Source: Rhodospirillaceae bacterium UBA6219
GTDB taxonomy: Bacteria > Pseudomonadota > Alphaproteobacteria > Rhodospirillales > Magnetospirillaceae
Reading direction: 5' to 3'
Assembly: GCA_002435715.1 (NCBI GenBank)
Contig: DISD01000050.1
Location: 38,850-102,849 of the forward strand
Length of the DNA stretch: 64,000 nt
Part shown: positions 19,460 to 28,152 of the stretch, piece after piece
Layout: each line of letters opens with the position of its first letter
How positions within the stretch are numbered: position 1 is the first letter of the stretch
Position numbers and translations under genes: made by a program
The notes under the pieces: generated by a model
What the model was told of the DNA's origin: nothing
Databases searched by the model: none
The model's input: the letters and a program-made list of their open reading frames with translations, nothing else

Positions 19460-20232
19460 CCGGCAAGCCCCCCGCCCCACCCGCTTCCGTGCTGATCACC
19501 GGCGCCTCGTCGGGTTTGGGCGAAGCCCTGGCTTTGGGGTATGCCGGTCCGGGCGCCACCTTGTTCCTGTCGGGGCGCGACCGCCAACGTCTGCACGACG
19601 TGGCCGATGCCTGCCGGGCCAAGGGCGCCGTCGTCCACGCCTTGGTCATCAACGTCACCCAGGCGGTGCCCATGGCCACCTGGATCAAGGAATGCGATTC
19701 GATCCGCCCCTTGGATTTGGTGATCGCCAATGCCGGTATTTCCGCCGGCACCGGCGGTGGCGGCGAAAGCGAGGAACAGACACGCTCGATCTTCGCCACC
19801 AATGTGGACGGGGTGATGAACACCGTGTTCCCCGCCCTTTCGGTCATGCGCCCGCGCCGTCACGGCCAGATCGCCATCATGGCGTCGCTGGCCGGTTATC
19901 GCGGTCTGCCCGGGGCTCCGGCCTATTGTGCGTCGAAAGCGGCGGTCAAGGCCTGGGGCGAAGGCTTGCGCGGCAGCATGGCTGCCGACAACATCCGGGT
20001 GTCGGTGATCTGCCCCGGCTTCGTCAGCAGCCGGATGACGGCGGTGAACACCTTCAAGATGCCGTTTCTGATGGATGCCGAACGCGCCGCCCGCATCATG
20101 ATCAAGGGATTGGCCCAGAACAAAGGCCGCATCGCCTTTCCCTGGCCCATGGCCTTTGGTGCCTGGCTTACCGCCGCCCTGCCCAACCGCGTCATGGAAG
20201 CCGTCGCCCGGCGCATGCCCCAGAAAAGCTGA
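19456..20232 (+). CDS. Short-chain dehydrogenase/reductase
   Basis: 258 aa from the ATG at 19456. Rossmann motif VLITGASSGLG and catalytic YxxxK in YCASKAAV. Confidence 0.88.
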   Translation: MTGKPPAPPASVLITGASSGLGEALALGYAGPGATLFLSGRDRQRLHDVADACRAKGAVVHALVINVTQAVPMATWIKECDSIRPLDLVIANAGISAGTGGGGESEEQTRSIFATNVDGVMNTVFPALSVMRPRRHGQIAIMASLAGYRGLPGAPAYCASKAAVKAWGEGLRGSMAADNIRVSVICPGFVSSRMTAVNTFKMPFLMDAERAARIMIKGLAQNKGRIAFPWPMAFGAWLTAALPNRVMEAVARRMPQKS

Positions 20233-20307
20233 ACCGGTCTTCACCCCATGACACCCCGTCTGGAAAAGCCTATTCTTCGAAAGGTTTTCTATGGGGCGGG
20301 GGCTGCC

Positions 20308-22596
20308 ATGCGAGTGATTTCGGTTGTGGTGTTGACGGCGTCCATCGCCTTTCCATGGCACGCTTGGGCGCAGATGGGATCGTCCATGCTGCGCGGCTCG
20401 TCCCGCATGGTCGAACGCACCATCAGCCGCAACCTGGACAAGGTGTTCCGCCCCAAGCTGGTGGTCCGTCAGGGATCCACCGGGCCGGTGACCGCCATGT
20501 CGCTGTCTTTGGACGAACGCTATCTGGTGTCGGCGGTCGGCGATTTTTCCGTGCGATTGTGGGATCTGGGGGTCGGACGCGAAGCGGCCCGGCTGACCGG
20601 GCACCAGGGCATCGTCACCACCATGGCGGTCAGTCCCGATGGCCGGCGGCTGCTGACCGGCAGCCAGGACAAGAGCCTGCGGCTGTGGAACTTGCAGCAA
20701 GCCGAAATACTCAACGTCGAATCCGGTTTCGCCCAGCCGCTCAGCGCCGCCATCTTCCTGGATCAGGACCATTGGGTCGGCGCCGATGAAAGCGGCATGA
20801 TCATGGTTTCGGGTCAGAAGATGTCGGCCCATGGTCCCGGTCCCGTGCGCTTGGCGGCCTTGGATGGCGGTCACTTCGTCAGCGCCGGTGCCGACGGCAT
20901 GGTGCGGTTGTGGGACGCCAAGGCGACGACATTGGCGCAGCAAAATCTGGGGGCGGCGGTCACCGCGCTGACCGGCAACGGCACCATGGTGGTCGCCGGC
21001 CTGGCGGATGGTCGGGTCGTGCGGCTGGATTCCAGCCTGGGCCAAGTGACAGAGTTGGGCCAGAAACATTCCGGCGCCCTCACCGCCCTGGCCATCGGCC
21101 GCGATGGCGCGTTGTTTTCCGGCGGCCAGGACGGCCACATCCTGACTTGGCAGGATCAAGGCGCGGTGGGATTGGGCCGCCATGACGGCGCCATCAGCCA
21201 TGTTAGCGTCGGCAAGGATGGCGAGTTCGCCATCTCGGCGTCCCAGGACGGCACCACCCGGCTGTGGAGCATCGCCACCAAGAAGCCGTTGGTCACCTTG
21301 CTGTCCACCACCGACGGCTGGGCGGTGGTCGATCCCAAGGGGCGTTATGACGGCAACCAGGACGGATTGGACGGCATCGACTGGCAGGGCGAGGACGCCG
21401 CTGTCGGCATCGAATCCTTCGCCGAGACCCATTTCGAGGCGGCCTTGCTGCCGCGCGCCCTGCACCAGGACGCCTTGGCCGACACCAAATCCATCCCCGA
21501 CGGGGTGCGTTATCCGGCCAAGATCCGTTTCGTCTCGCCCACGACGTCCGGCGACGCGGAAAACCCCCGAATCCAGGTGGAAGTGGAAGCCAGCGACGAC
21601 GGCGGCAGCGGTGTGGCCGAACTGCGCCTTTACCGCAACGGCCGCCAGGTGGCGACACGCTCGGTGGACATCCGCCGCGAAACCAACGACGACGGCAGCC
21701 CCCGGGTGGTGGGCCGTTTCGAATTGGATCTGCGGGCCGGCCGCAACGTGCTGTCGGCCACGGCGATCAACGACGACCGCATGGAAAGCCCGGCGCAGAC
21801 CCTGGTGTTGACCGCCGAACCGCCGCCGCCGCCCGGTCCGCCGAAAATCCATCTGATGACCGTGGGCATCAACGCTTATGCCAACAAGGATCTCAGCCTT
21901 TTCTACGCCCGGCCCGACGCCCAATCCATCGGCGGCTTCTTCACCCAATCCGGGCGAACCGCCGATCCCTTGGGCAGCACAGTGGTCATCGAGGACAATC
22001 AGGCGACCAAGGACAACATCCTGGCGGCGTTGAACCAATTGCGTTCGATGCCGCCCCAGGACATGGTGGTGGTCTACATGGCCGGTCACGGGGTGTCCAT
22101 CGGCGACGACTGGTATTTCGTGCCCCATGAATTGCGTAACGCCGACAACGACGACGCCTTGAAGGCCCAGGGCTTGTCGTCATCCGAACTGAAGCGGGCC
22201 ATCGAATCCATGAGTGCCGACCGCACGCTTTTGCTGCTCGACACCTGCCATTCCGGCACCGCCGTCAGCCCCTTGAAGGATTATCGCGGCATGAAGTCGC
22301 TGCGTCTGTTGGCCCGTTCGGTGGGCACCCACATCCTGGCCGCCACCGACCGCGACCAATACGCCATCGAATTGGCCAAGCTGAAGCACGGCATCTTCAC
22401 CTATGCGTTGCTGGAAGGCCTGCAGGGCAAGGCCGATTCCGCGCCGGCCGACGGCTCGGTCTCGGCCGCCGAGATCATCCGCTATGTGGAAGAAAAGGTG
22501 CCGATGTTGGCCGCCAAGTACACCGAATACGCCCAGTACCCGACCGGCTATTCCCGCGGCAAGGATTTCGCCGTTTCCGTCGCTCCGGGAAAATAG
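20308..22596 (+). CDS. Secreted or membrane-anchored WD40 (7 blades) / Ig-like / caspase-family (peptidase C14) protein
   Basis: ATG at 20308 gives signal-like MRVISVVVLTASIAFPWHAWAQ (alternative start 20248). WD repeat ends VRLWDL, LRLWNL, VRLWDA, ILTWQD and TRLWSI. The C-terminal caspase His-Cys dyad is intact: VVVYMAGHG and LLLLDTCHSG. Confidence 0.85.
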   Translation: MRVISVVVLTASIAFPWHAWAQMGSSMLRGSSRMVERTISRNLDKVFRPKLVVRQGSTGPVTAMSLSLDERYLVSAVGDFSVRLWDLGVGREAARLTGHQGIVTTMAVSPDGRRLLTGSQDKSLRLWNLQQAEILNVESGFAQPLSAAIFLDQDHWVGADESGMIMVSGQKMSAHGPGPVRLAALDGGHFVSAGADGMVRLWDAKATTLAQQNLGAAVTALTGNGTMVVAGLADGRVVRLDSSLGQVTELGQKHSGALTALAIGRDGALFSGGQDGHILTWQDQGAVGLGRHDGAISHVSVGKDGEFAISASQDGTTRLWSIATKKPLVTLLSTTDGWAVVDPKGRYDGNQDGLDGIDWQGEDAAVGIESFAETHFEAALLPRALHQDALADTKSIPDGVRYPAKIRFVSPTTSGDAENPRIQVEVEASDDGGSGVAELRLYRNGRQVATRSVDIRRETNDDGSPRVVGRFELDLRAGRNVLSATAINDDRMESPAQTLVLTAEPPPPPGPPKIHLMTVGINAYANKDLSLFYARPDAQSIGGFFTQSGRTADPLGSTVVIEDNQATKDNILAALNQLRSMPPQDMVVVYMAGHGVSIGDDWYFVPHELRNADNDDALKAQGLSSSELKRAIESMSADRTLLLLDTCHSGTAVSPLKDYRGMKSLRLLARSVGTHILAATDRDQYAIELAKLKHGIFTYALLEGLQGKADSAPADGSVSAAEIIRYVEEKVPMLAAKYTEYAQYPTGYSRGKDFAVSVAPGK

Positions 22597-22631
22597 CAAA
22601 GGGGCGCAAGCCCCCCTTGCCCCACCCCATG

Positions 22632-22668
22632 AAAAAGCCCCCGGCGAGCCGCTCGCCGGGGGCTTTTC
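22632..22668. terminator. Bidirectional Rho-independent terminator
   Basis: aaaaa, then 12-bp GC stem gcccccggcgag (22637-22648) pairing with ctcgccgggggc (22652-22663), then ttttc. Sits between the convergent caspase gene (+) and the OMP gene (-). Confidence 0.8.
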
Positions 22669-22680
22669 GATCTGATCCGA

Positions 22681-23754
22681 TCAGAAGCGCAAACGGCCGT
22701 TCATCATCACGCCCATGGCTTCGCTGCGATCGCGTCCGACGACGCGGTTGACCTCGATCCCCACCGATTCGGTGTCGGTGGCGTACCAGTCCAGCCCCAG
22801 ATACAGCTGGATTTCGTCGGCATCGTCGCTGCCACCGGGCTTGATGCCGCTGTCGCCCACGTAATCGGCAACGAAGTCATAGGCATAATAAGCCGAAACA
22901 TAAGGCTCGACACGATCCCAGGCATAGGACAGACGGCCGCCGGCCTTACCCTGCAACAGGTGGCTGGTCGACACGTCCACATGGCGCGCCGCAGTGCCGG
23001 TTTCGTCATAGCCGTTGGTGTGGCTGTAAGCGCCGGACAGCCCCAGATCGCCACGCAGGTACCAATCGCCGCCCAAGCCCCAATTATGGTGACCATTGAT
23101 GGCCGCCATGGTGCGATAACCGTCGAAATGGCCCTCGGCGTTGCTGCTGGCGCGCATGGCCTTGCCGCTGGCATAGGCGACGCCGATCATGGCGTCCATG
23201 GTGCTGCCCTGGCCGAAATCGTAACCCACATAGGGAACCAGCCAATAAGTGCTGCCGGTCAGCTTGCCGGCGTTGAAATCGGTCTGGAAATCGTCCCCCT
23301 GACGAAAGGCCGAAACACCGACCACGGTGCGCTCGTTCAGCATCATGTCGTAACCGGCGGTCTGGTTCGACATGGTCCCGCTATAAGCTGCGCCGGGGAC
23401 GGTGCTGGACAGGGTGCTGGCGCCCATGGACACCCACAGCGCCTGTTGCATGGCGCCGTCGCCGGTGGAAACACCGGTTTCCGCCATGGCGGTTTTGGCG
23501 GAACGCGCCCCACCGCTCAGCGCACTGGCCACCCGTGCCGACACCGAGTTGCCGATGGTCGTGGTGGTGCTGCGGGTGGATTCCGCTTCGGTGCGGGCGG
23601 TGGTGGACGCCGTCGGGCTGTCACCGCAACCGGAATAATAGGTGCTGGACCCCGAACCCGAGACATAACATTCGGATGAGCTGGCCCAAGCCGCCCCGGA
23701 CATCCCCAAAGACGCGCCGACCAAACCGGTCGTGATCAGAAAAACTTTCCGCAT
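22681..23754 (-). CDS. Autotransporter-type outer-membrane beta-barrel protein with a minimal Ser/Thr-rich passenger
   Basis: ATG at 23754 gives signal peptide MRKVFLITTGLVGASLGMSGAAWA. An ~90-aa S/T-rich segment contains two Cys. The rest shows an alternating beta-strand pattern and a terminal aromatic residue (MMNGRLRF). Confidence 0.72.
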   Translation of the reverse strand: MRKVFLITTGLVGASLGMSGAAWASSSECYVSGSGSSTYYSGCGDSPTASTTARTEAESTRSTTTTIGNSVSARVASALSGGARSAKTAMAETGVSTGDGAMQQALWVSMGASTLSSTVPGAAYSGTMSNQTAGYDMMLNERTVVGVSAFRQGDDFQTDFNAGKLTGSTYWLVPYVGYDFGQGSTMDAMIGVAYASGKAMRASSNAEGHFDGYRTMAAINGHHNWGLGGDWYLRGDLGLSGAYSHTNGYDETGTAARHVDVSTSHLLQGKAGGRLSYAWDRVEPYVSAYYAYDFVADYVGDSGIKPGGSDDADEIQLYLGLDWYATDTESVGIEVNRVVGRDRSEAMGVMMNGRLRF

Positions 23755-23888
23755 GAAATCCCCCACCAAACAAAGACCCCTTCAGCGAAGGTGTATGCGT
23801 CTCGCCTAGCACCTGTCAATAACCGTTCGAATGATATGGATATGGTATGGGGATACCTATTGAAAAGCTAAAGCGGTAAGCCCCCATC

Positions 23889-24470
23889 CTAAGGGGTCAG
23901 GAAGTCTTGCAACGAGGCGACGATGCCTTCCAGCAATTCCTTTTCCGGCCGGACCCGGGCCAATACCCGCAATCCGGCCAACACCCCCAGAAGATGACGC
24001 GCCATGTCGGTGGCGGAGAGAGTGGCCCGGATAGTGCCATCGGCTTGGCCGGCGGCAATGATGGCGTAAAGAAAAGATTCAATGGCGCGCAAGTTCTCGG
24101 CCACCGCCTGACGCAGTTCGGCGTCGTCAGGGGGGACATCCAAGGCGGCGTTGATCAACATGCACCCCTTGTGCTGGGGGTCTTCCAGGGATCGGCGCAG
24201 GACGTCGGAAAAGAACACTGCGATGGCTTGGGCCGGCGGCAGGTCCCGGCAGCGGGCCATGCGGTCACGCATGCCGCGTTGGACATAATGATCCAAAGAC
24301 TTGCGGTACAGGGATCGTTTGTCGCCGAAAGCGTTGTAAAGACTGGCCCCGGTCAAGCCGGTGCACTCGATCAGATCGCGCATCGAGGTCGCGTCGAAGC
24401 CTTGCGCCCAGAAACGTTCCAGGGCGGCGTCCAACACCGTGTCTTCTTCAAATTCCCGTGGTCTGGCCAT
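23889..24470 (-). CDS. TetR-family transcriptional regulator
   Basis: ATG at 24470 (MARPREFEED...). HTH region TSMRDLIECTGLTGASLYNAFGDKRSLY. Divergent from the redoxin gene. Confidence 0.88.
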   Translation of the reverse strand: MARPREFEEDTVLDAALERFWAQGFDATSMRDLIECTGLTGASLYNAFGDKRSLYRKSLDHYVQRGMRDRMARCRDLPPAQAIAVFFSDVLRRSLEDPQHKGCMLINAALDVPPDDAELRQAVAENLRAIESFLYAIIAAGQADGTIRATLSATDMARHLLGVLAGLRVLARVRPEKELLEGIVASLQDFLTP

Positions 24471-24521
24471 ACGCCCTTTGTGTCCTTCACCAAGAAGCTT
24501 GCCAAGTTTATCGCCCGCCCC

Positions 24522-24547
24522 TATTTTAGAACAATCGTTATAAAATA
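24522..24547. promoter_or_regulatory. Candidate TetR operator (26-bp near-perfect palindrome)
   Basis: tattttagaacaatcgttataaaata has 11 of 13 symmetric base pairs. It lies in the 105-bp divergent TetR/redoxin intergenic region. Confidence 0.5.
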
Positions 24548-24575
24548 TGAAACCCCCAATCCGCCGAGGCTCCTC

Positions 24576-25229
24576 ATGTCGCTGACCCAAGACCTTGCCG
24601 ATCAAAAAACCCGTTTCATGCAAACCGCCCCCACCGAGGTGGCTACGCTGTTCCAGGCCCGTATCGAAGATCTGGCCCTCAGCTTCCCCTTGGACCAAGC
24701 GGTGGGAAAGGGCGCGCTGGCCCCCGATTTCGTCCTGCCGGAAGCCAGGGGCGGCGCGGTGCGGCTGGCCGACCTGCTGTACAGCGGCCCGGTGGTTCTG
24801 GCTTTCTATCGCGGGGCCTGGTGCCCTTATTGCAACCTGCAGCTTCGCGCTTATCAGCAAGCCTTGCCCGAAATGGAATCCTTGGGCGCCCGCTTGCTGG
24901 CGGTGTCACCGCAAATGCCCGACAAATCGCTCAGCACCGCGGAAACCAATGCCCTGTCCTTCGCGGTTCTCAGCGATGTCGGCAACCACGTGGCCCGCGA
25001 TTTCGGTCTGGTCTTCACCCTGCCGGCGGATGTCGGCGAGGTGCTGACCAAATCCGGTCGCGCCCTGCCCGATTTCAATGGCGACCAATCGTGGGAACTG
25101 CCGGTGCCGGCCACCTATGTCATCGCCCAGGATCGCCGTGTCGCCCTGGCCAGCATCGACGTCGATTACCGCACGCGTCTTGATCCCGCCGACATCATCG
25201 ACGCCCTGCGCGTCCTGCCCCGGCCGTAA
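24576..25229 (+). CDS. AhpC/TSA (redoxin) family thiol peroxidase-like protein
   Basis: 217 aa from the ATG at 24576. Redoxin motif AFYRGAWCPYCN. Confidence 0.85.
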   Translation: MSLTQDLADQKTRFMQTAPTEVATLFQARIEDLALSFPLDQAVGKGALAPDFVLPEARGGAVRLADLLYSGPVVLAFYRGAWCPYCNLQLRAYQQALPEMESLGARLLAVSPQMPDKSLSTAETNALSFAVLSDVGNHVARDFGLVFTLPADVGEVLTKSGRALPDFNGDQSWELPVPATYVIAQDRRVALASIDVDYRTRLDPADIIDALRVLPRP

Positions 25230-25240
25230 GGAGACATCCG

Positions 25241-25939
25241 ATGATCCATTTCTATTACCATCCCACGCCCAATCCCCTGAAAGTGGCGCTGATGCTGGAA
25301 GAAACCGGCTTGGCCTATCAGGTGGTGCCGGTGGATATCAGCAAGGGCGAACAGCATGCCCCCACCTTTCGGGCCATCAATCCCAACGGCAAACTGCCGG
25401 CCATCATCGACACGGACGGCAGCCAGGGCGCCGAGACCCGGGTGTTCGATTCCACCGCCATTCTGATCTATCTGGCGGAAAAGACCGGGCAGTTTCTGGG
25501 CCGCCCCCAGGACCGGGGTGAAATGCTGTCGTGGCTGATGTTCATCGCTTCGGGCCTGGGGCCGTTTTCCGGACAGGCGGTGCATTTCCAGTACGCCGCG
25601 CCGCAAGACCTGGATTACGCGGTCAACCGTTACCGACGCGAGATCGAACGCCATTACCAGGTTCTGGATGACCACCTGCAGGGCCGCGACGTCATCGTCG
25701 GCGACAATTTCACCATCGCCGACATCTCGGCCTGGGGCTGGTTGGATCGGGCCCCCCGGGTGATGAAGGGGGCCGAGGATCCGCTGGCCCCTTATCCCAA
25801 CCTGAAACGCTGGTACATGGCCATCAACGATCGGCCGGCGGCGGCCCGCGCCCGACGGGTCGGCCAGGACCACAGCTTCAAGACCGAAATGGACGAAGAA
25901 ACCCGTCGCGCTTTGTTTCCGTCCAATTATCCGAAATAA
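25241..25939 (+). CDS. Glutathione S-transferase
   Basis: 232 aa. GST N-terminal thioredoxin-like region MIHFYYHPTPNPLKVALMLEE and NPNGKLPAIID, plus a helical C-terminal domain. Confidence 0.9.
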   Translation: MIHFYYHPTPNPLKVALMLEETGLAYQVVPVDISKGEQHAPTFRAINPNGKLPAIIDTDGSQGAETRVFDSTAILIYLAEKTGQFLGRPQDRGEMLSWLMFIASGLGPFSGQAVHFQYAAPQDLDYAVNRYRREIERHYQVLDDHLQGRDVIVGDNFTIADISAWGWLDRAPRVMKGAEDPLAPYPNLKRWYMAINDRPAAARARRVGQDHSFKTEMDEETRRALFPSNYPK

Positions 25940-25944
25940 CGGTT

Positions 25945-26904
25945 TCAGCGCTGGTCGAAGCGGATTTCGATACGGCGGTTCTTGGCCAAGGCGGCTTCGG
26001 TGTTGGCAGGGTCCAGGGGCTGGAACTCGCCGAAGCCGGCCGCCGCCAGACGGTCGGCGGGAACGCCGGCATCGATCAGGGTGCGGATGACGGTGATGGC
26101 GCGCGCCGTCGACAATTCCCAGTTGGACGGGAAGCGGTCGGATTTGATCGGGCGCTTGTCGGTATGGCCATCGACACGCAACACCCAGTTCACTTCCTTG
26201 GGAATCTGTCGCGCCAGTTCGATCAGGGTCCTGGCCAATTGACGGACCTGCTGTTCGCCACTGGCCCCCAAATCGGCGGAGGCGCTGTCGAACAACAATT
26301 CGGATTGGAAGACGAAGCGGTCGCCTTCGATGCGGATACCCTGGCGTTCGCCCAGCACCTTGCGCAATTTGCCGAAGAATTCGGAACGATAACGCTGCAA
26401 TTCCTCGACCTTACCGGCCAAGGCGACGTTCAGGCGCTTGCCCAGATCGGCGATCTGGGCCTTTTGCTCGACCGACAGCTTTTCCGAGGCATCCAAGGCG
26501 GCGGCCAGCTTTTCCAATTGTTCGCGCATGGCGGCCATTTGCTGGTTCAGCAATTCCGCCTGGCTTTTGGCGCTGTCGGAAATCTGCTTTTCGTCCTGCA
26601 GCGTGTTCAGCAGATTGTCGCGTTCCGCCAACGACGCCTTCAATTCTTCCTGCAGACGGGCCAGATTGGCTTTGACGTCGGCCGACTTGGCCTTTTCCAA
26701 CGACAATTGGTCCACCAGACTGGCCATCTCGGCATGCAGCTTGGACAATTCCTGGTCGCGCCCACTCAACGCGTTGCCCAGGAAGAACTGGGCCAGCACG
26801 AAGACCAGCAACACGAAGATCAGCATCATCAACAACGTCGCCATGGCGTCGACGAAGCCCGGCCAGATATCCACGTTTTGACGGAAACGACGGCCGCGCG
26901 CCAT
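25945..26904 (-). CDS. MotB/OmpA-like protein with a long coiled-coil spacer
   Basis: 319 aa. The N-terminal TM carries a conserved Asp (IWPGFVDAMATLLMMLIF). A heptad-rich spacer of about 170 aa follows. C-terminal OmpA_C peptidoglycan-binding domain ends AKNRRIEIRF. Confidence 0.8.
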   Translation of the reverse strand: MARGRRFRQNVDIWPGFVDAMATLLMMLIFVLLVFVLAQFFLGNALSGRDQELSKLHAEMASLVDQLSLEKAKSADVKANLARLQEELKASLAERDNLLNTLQDEKQISDSAKSQAELLNQQMAAMREQLEKLAAALDASEKLSVEQKAQIADLGKRLNVALAGKVEELQRYRSEFFGKLRKVLGERQGIRIEGDRFVFQSELLFDSASADLGASGEQQVRQLARTLIELARQIPKEVNWVLRVDGHTDKRPIKSDRFPSNWELSTARAITVIRTLIDAGVPADRLAAAGFGEFQPLDPANTEAALAKNRRIEIRFDQR

Positions 26905-26909
26905 GGCGG

Positions 26910-28061
26910 TTACTCCGGTTGGTCCTCGGCCAGGACGGCGATGGTGCGGGCCAGCAACTTGAACTGCGCCCGCAACTCGCCCACCAGTTCGTCATGGGAA
27001 CGGGCGTTCAGTTCCACCAAACGATTCATCGAAACATCCAGGTTACGCAGATGGGTGCGGCTGACTTCGTCCATGCCGGCGGCGGGGGCGCTGGCTCCCA
27101 CACCGCTTTGTTCGGCCAGACGGGCCAGCAGCGGGCGCAATTCCAACTGCGCTTCGCCCAGTTTCAGCATCAACGCCTGCTCTACCTTCATCTGGTCGGC
27201 CAGGGTGGACAAACGGTCGTTCAGCGACTGGATGTTGGAATTGGCGGAAATACGGCTTTCCTCGCCGCGCGAGATGACGCGCTGCAGACCGTCCAGGGAA
27301 TCGGCGGTCTGTTCCAGCAAGGCGCGGATATAGGCCGGCACCGATTGGTCACCTTCGGCGACGCCCCCGGACGACCCCAGACGGGTCTGACCGGCCAGCC
27401 ATTCTTCCAGTTCGTTGTAAAAAGTATTCTGCGCCTGACCGGCCTGCAGATCCAGAAAGCCCAGGACCAGCGACCCGGCCAGACCGAACAGCGAGGTGGA
27501 AAACGCGGTGCCCATGCCGGCCAACGGCGCTTCCAGCCCTGATTTCATCCGATCGAAGGCGGCGGCGGCGGCATCGCCGCCCACCGACAGGCTGGCGATC
27601 ACCTCGCCCACCGAGCCCACGGTGCGCGACAAGCCCCAGAAGGTGCCCAACAGCCCCAGGAAGATTAGCAGACCGACGAAATACTTGGCCAGTTCGCGGC
27701 TTTCGTCCAGGCGCGAGCCGATGGAATCCAGCACCGAGCGCAGCCCCATGGCCGACAGGCTCATGCGGCCCTGACGTTCCCCCAGCATACCGGCCATGGG
27801 GCCCAACAGGCGCAAACGACCACCCGACGGCGCCGGCTGACCGCGCATCCAGCTTTCCAGCCATTCCACTTCCGGCTTCAGCAGCAGAACCTGACGGAAA
27901 TTCAGCCCGATCCCCAACAAGAACACGCCCAGGATCAACCCGTTCAACGCCGGATTGGCCATGAAAGCCTGTTGCAGACCGGCGGCCAGCATGGCGGCGA
28001 CGGCAGCGACAGCCGCCAGGAACAAGATCATGCGAACCAGATAGCGACTGGGTCGGGTCAT
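26910..28061 (-). CDS. MotA/TolQ/ExbB-family proton-channel protein with a C-terminal coiled-coil tail
   Basis: 383 aa with four TM segments. Family signatures GLLGTFWGL (TM3) and AFSTSLFGLAGSLVLGF (TM4). A helical, heptad-like tail of about 150 aa follows. Ends 5 nt before the MotB-like gene. Confidence 0.75.
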   Translation of the reverse strand: MTRPSRYLVRMILFLAAVAAVAAMLAAGLQQAFMANPALNGLILGVFLLGIGLNFRQVLLLKPEVEWLESWMRGQPAPSGGRLRLLGPMAGMLGERQGRMSLSAMGLRSVLDSIGSRLDESRELAKYFVGLLIFLGLLGTFWGLSRTVGSVGEVIASLSVGGDAAAAAFDRMKSGLEAPLAGMGTAFSTSLFGLAGSLVLGFLDLQAGQAQNTFYNELEEWLAGQTRLGSSGGVAEGDQSVPAYIRALLEQTADSLDGLQRVISRGEESRISANSNIQSLNDRLSTLADQMKVEQALMLKLGEAQLELRPLLARLAEQSGVGASAPAAGMDEVSRTHLRNLDVSMNRLVELNARSHDELVGELRAQFKLLARTIAVLAEDQPE

Positions 28062-28152
28062 GGTTTTTCCTAGCTCAGGATCGGCGGGAATAAGGGTATG
28101 TTGGCCAAGAAATGTGGCGAGTGGTGGGCGACGTCACGCCGCCCACTTCCGC

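Noticed and set aside
19363-22128. 921-aa ORF on the minus strand, among the longest in the track
   Set aside because: It is antisense to the SDR and WD40-caspase genes, both of which carry clear catalytic motifs. Its translation is Gly/Arg/Ala/His-rich with no domain signature.
25945-28061. Calling the MotA/MotB-like pair a Zorya (ZorAB) defence system
   Set aside because: There are no ZorC/ZorD-like (or ZorE-like) genes nearby. The A-subunit tail, about 150 aa, is much shorter than that of ZorA. The flanking genes are housekeeping genes. Only the general stator-with-tail concept is shared.
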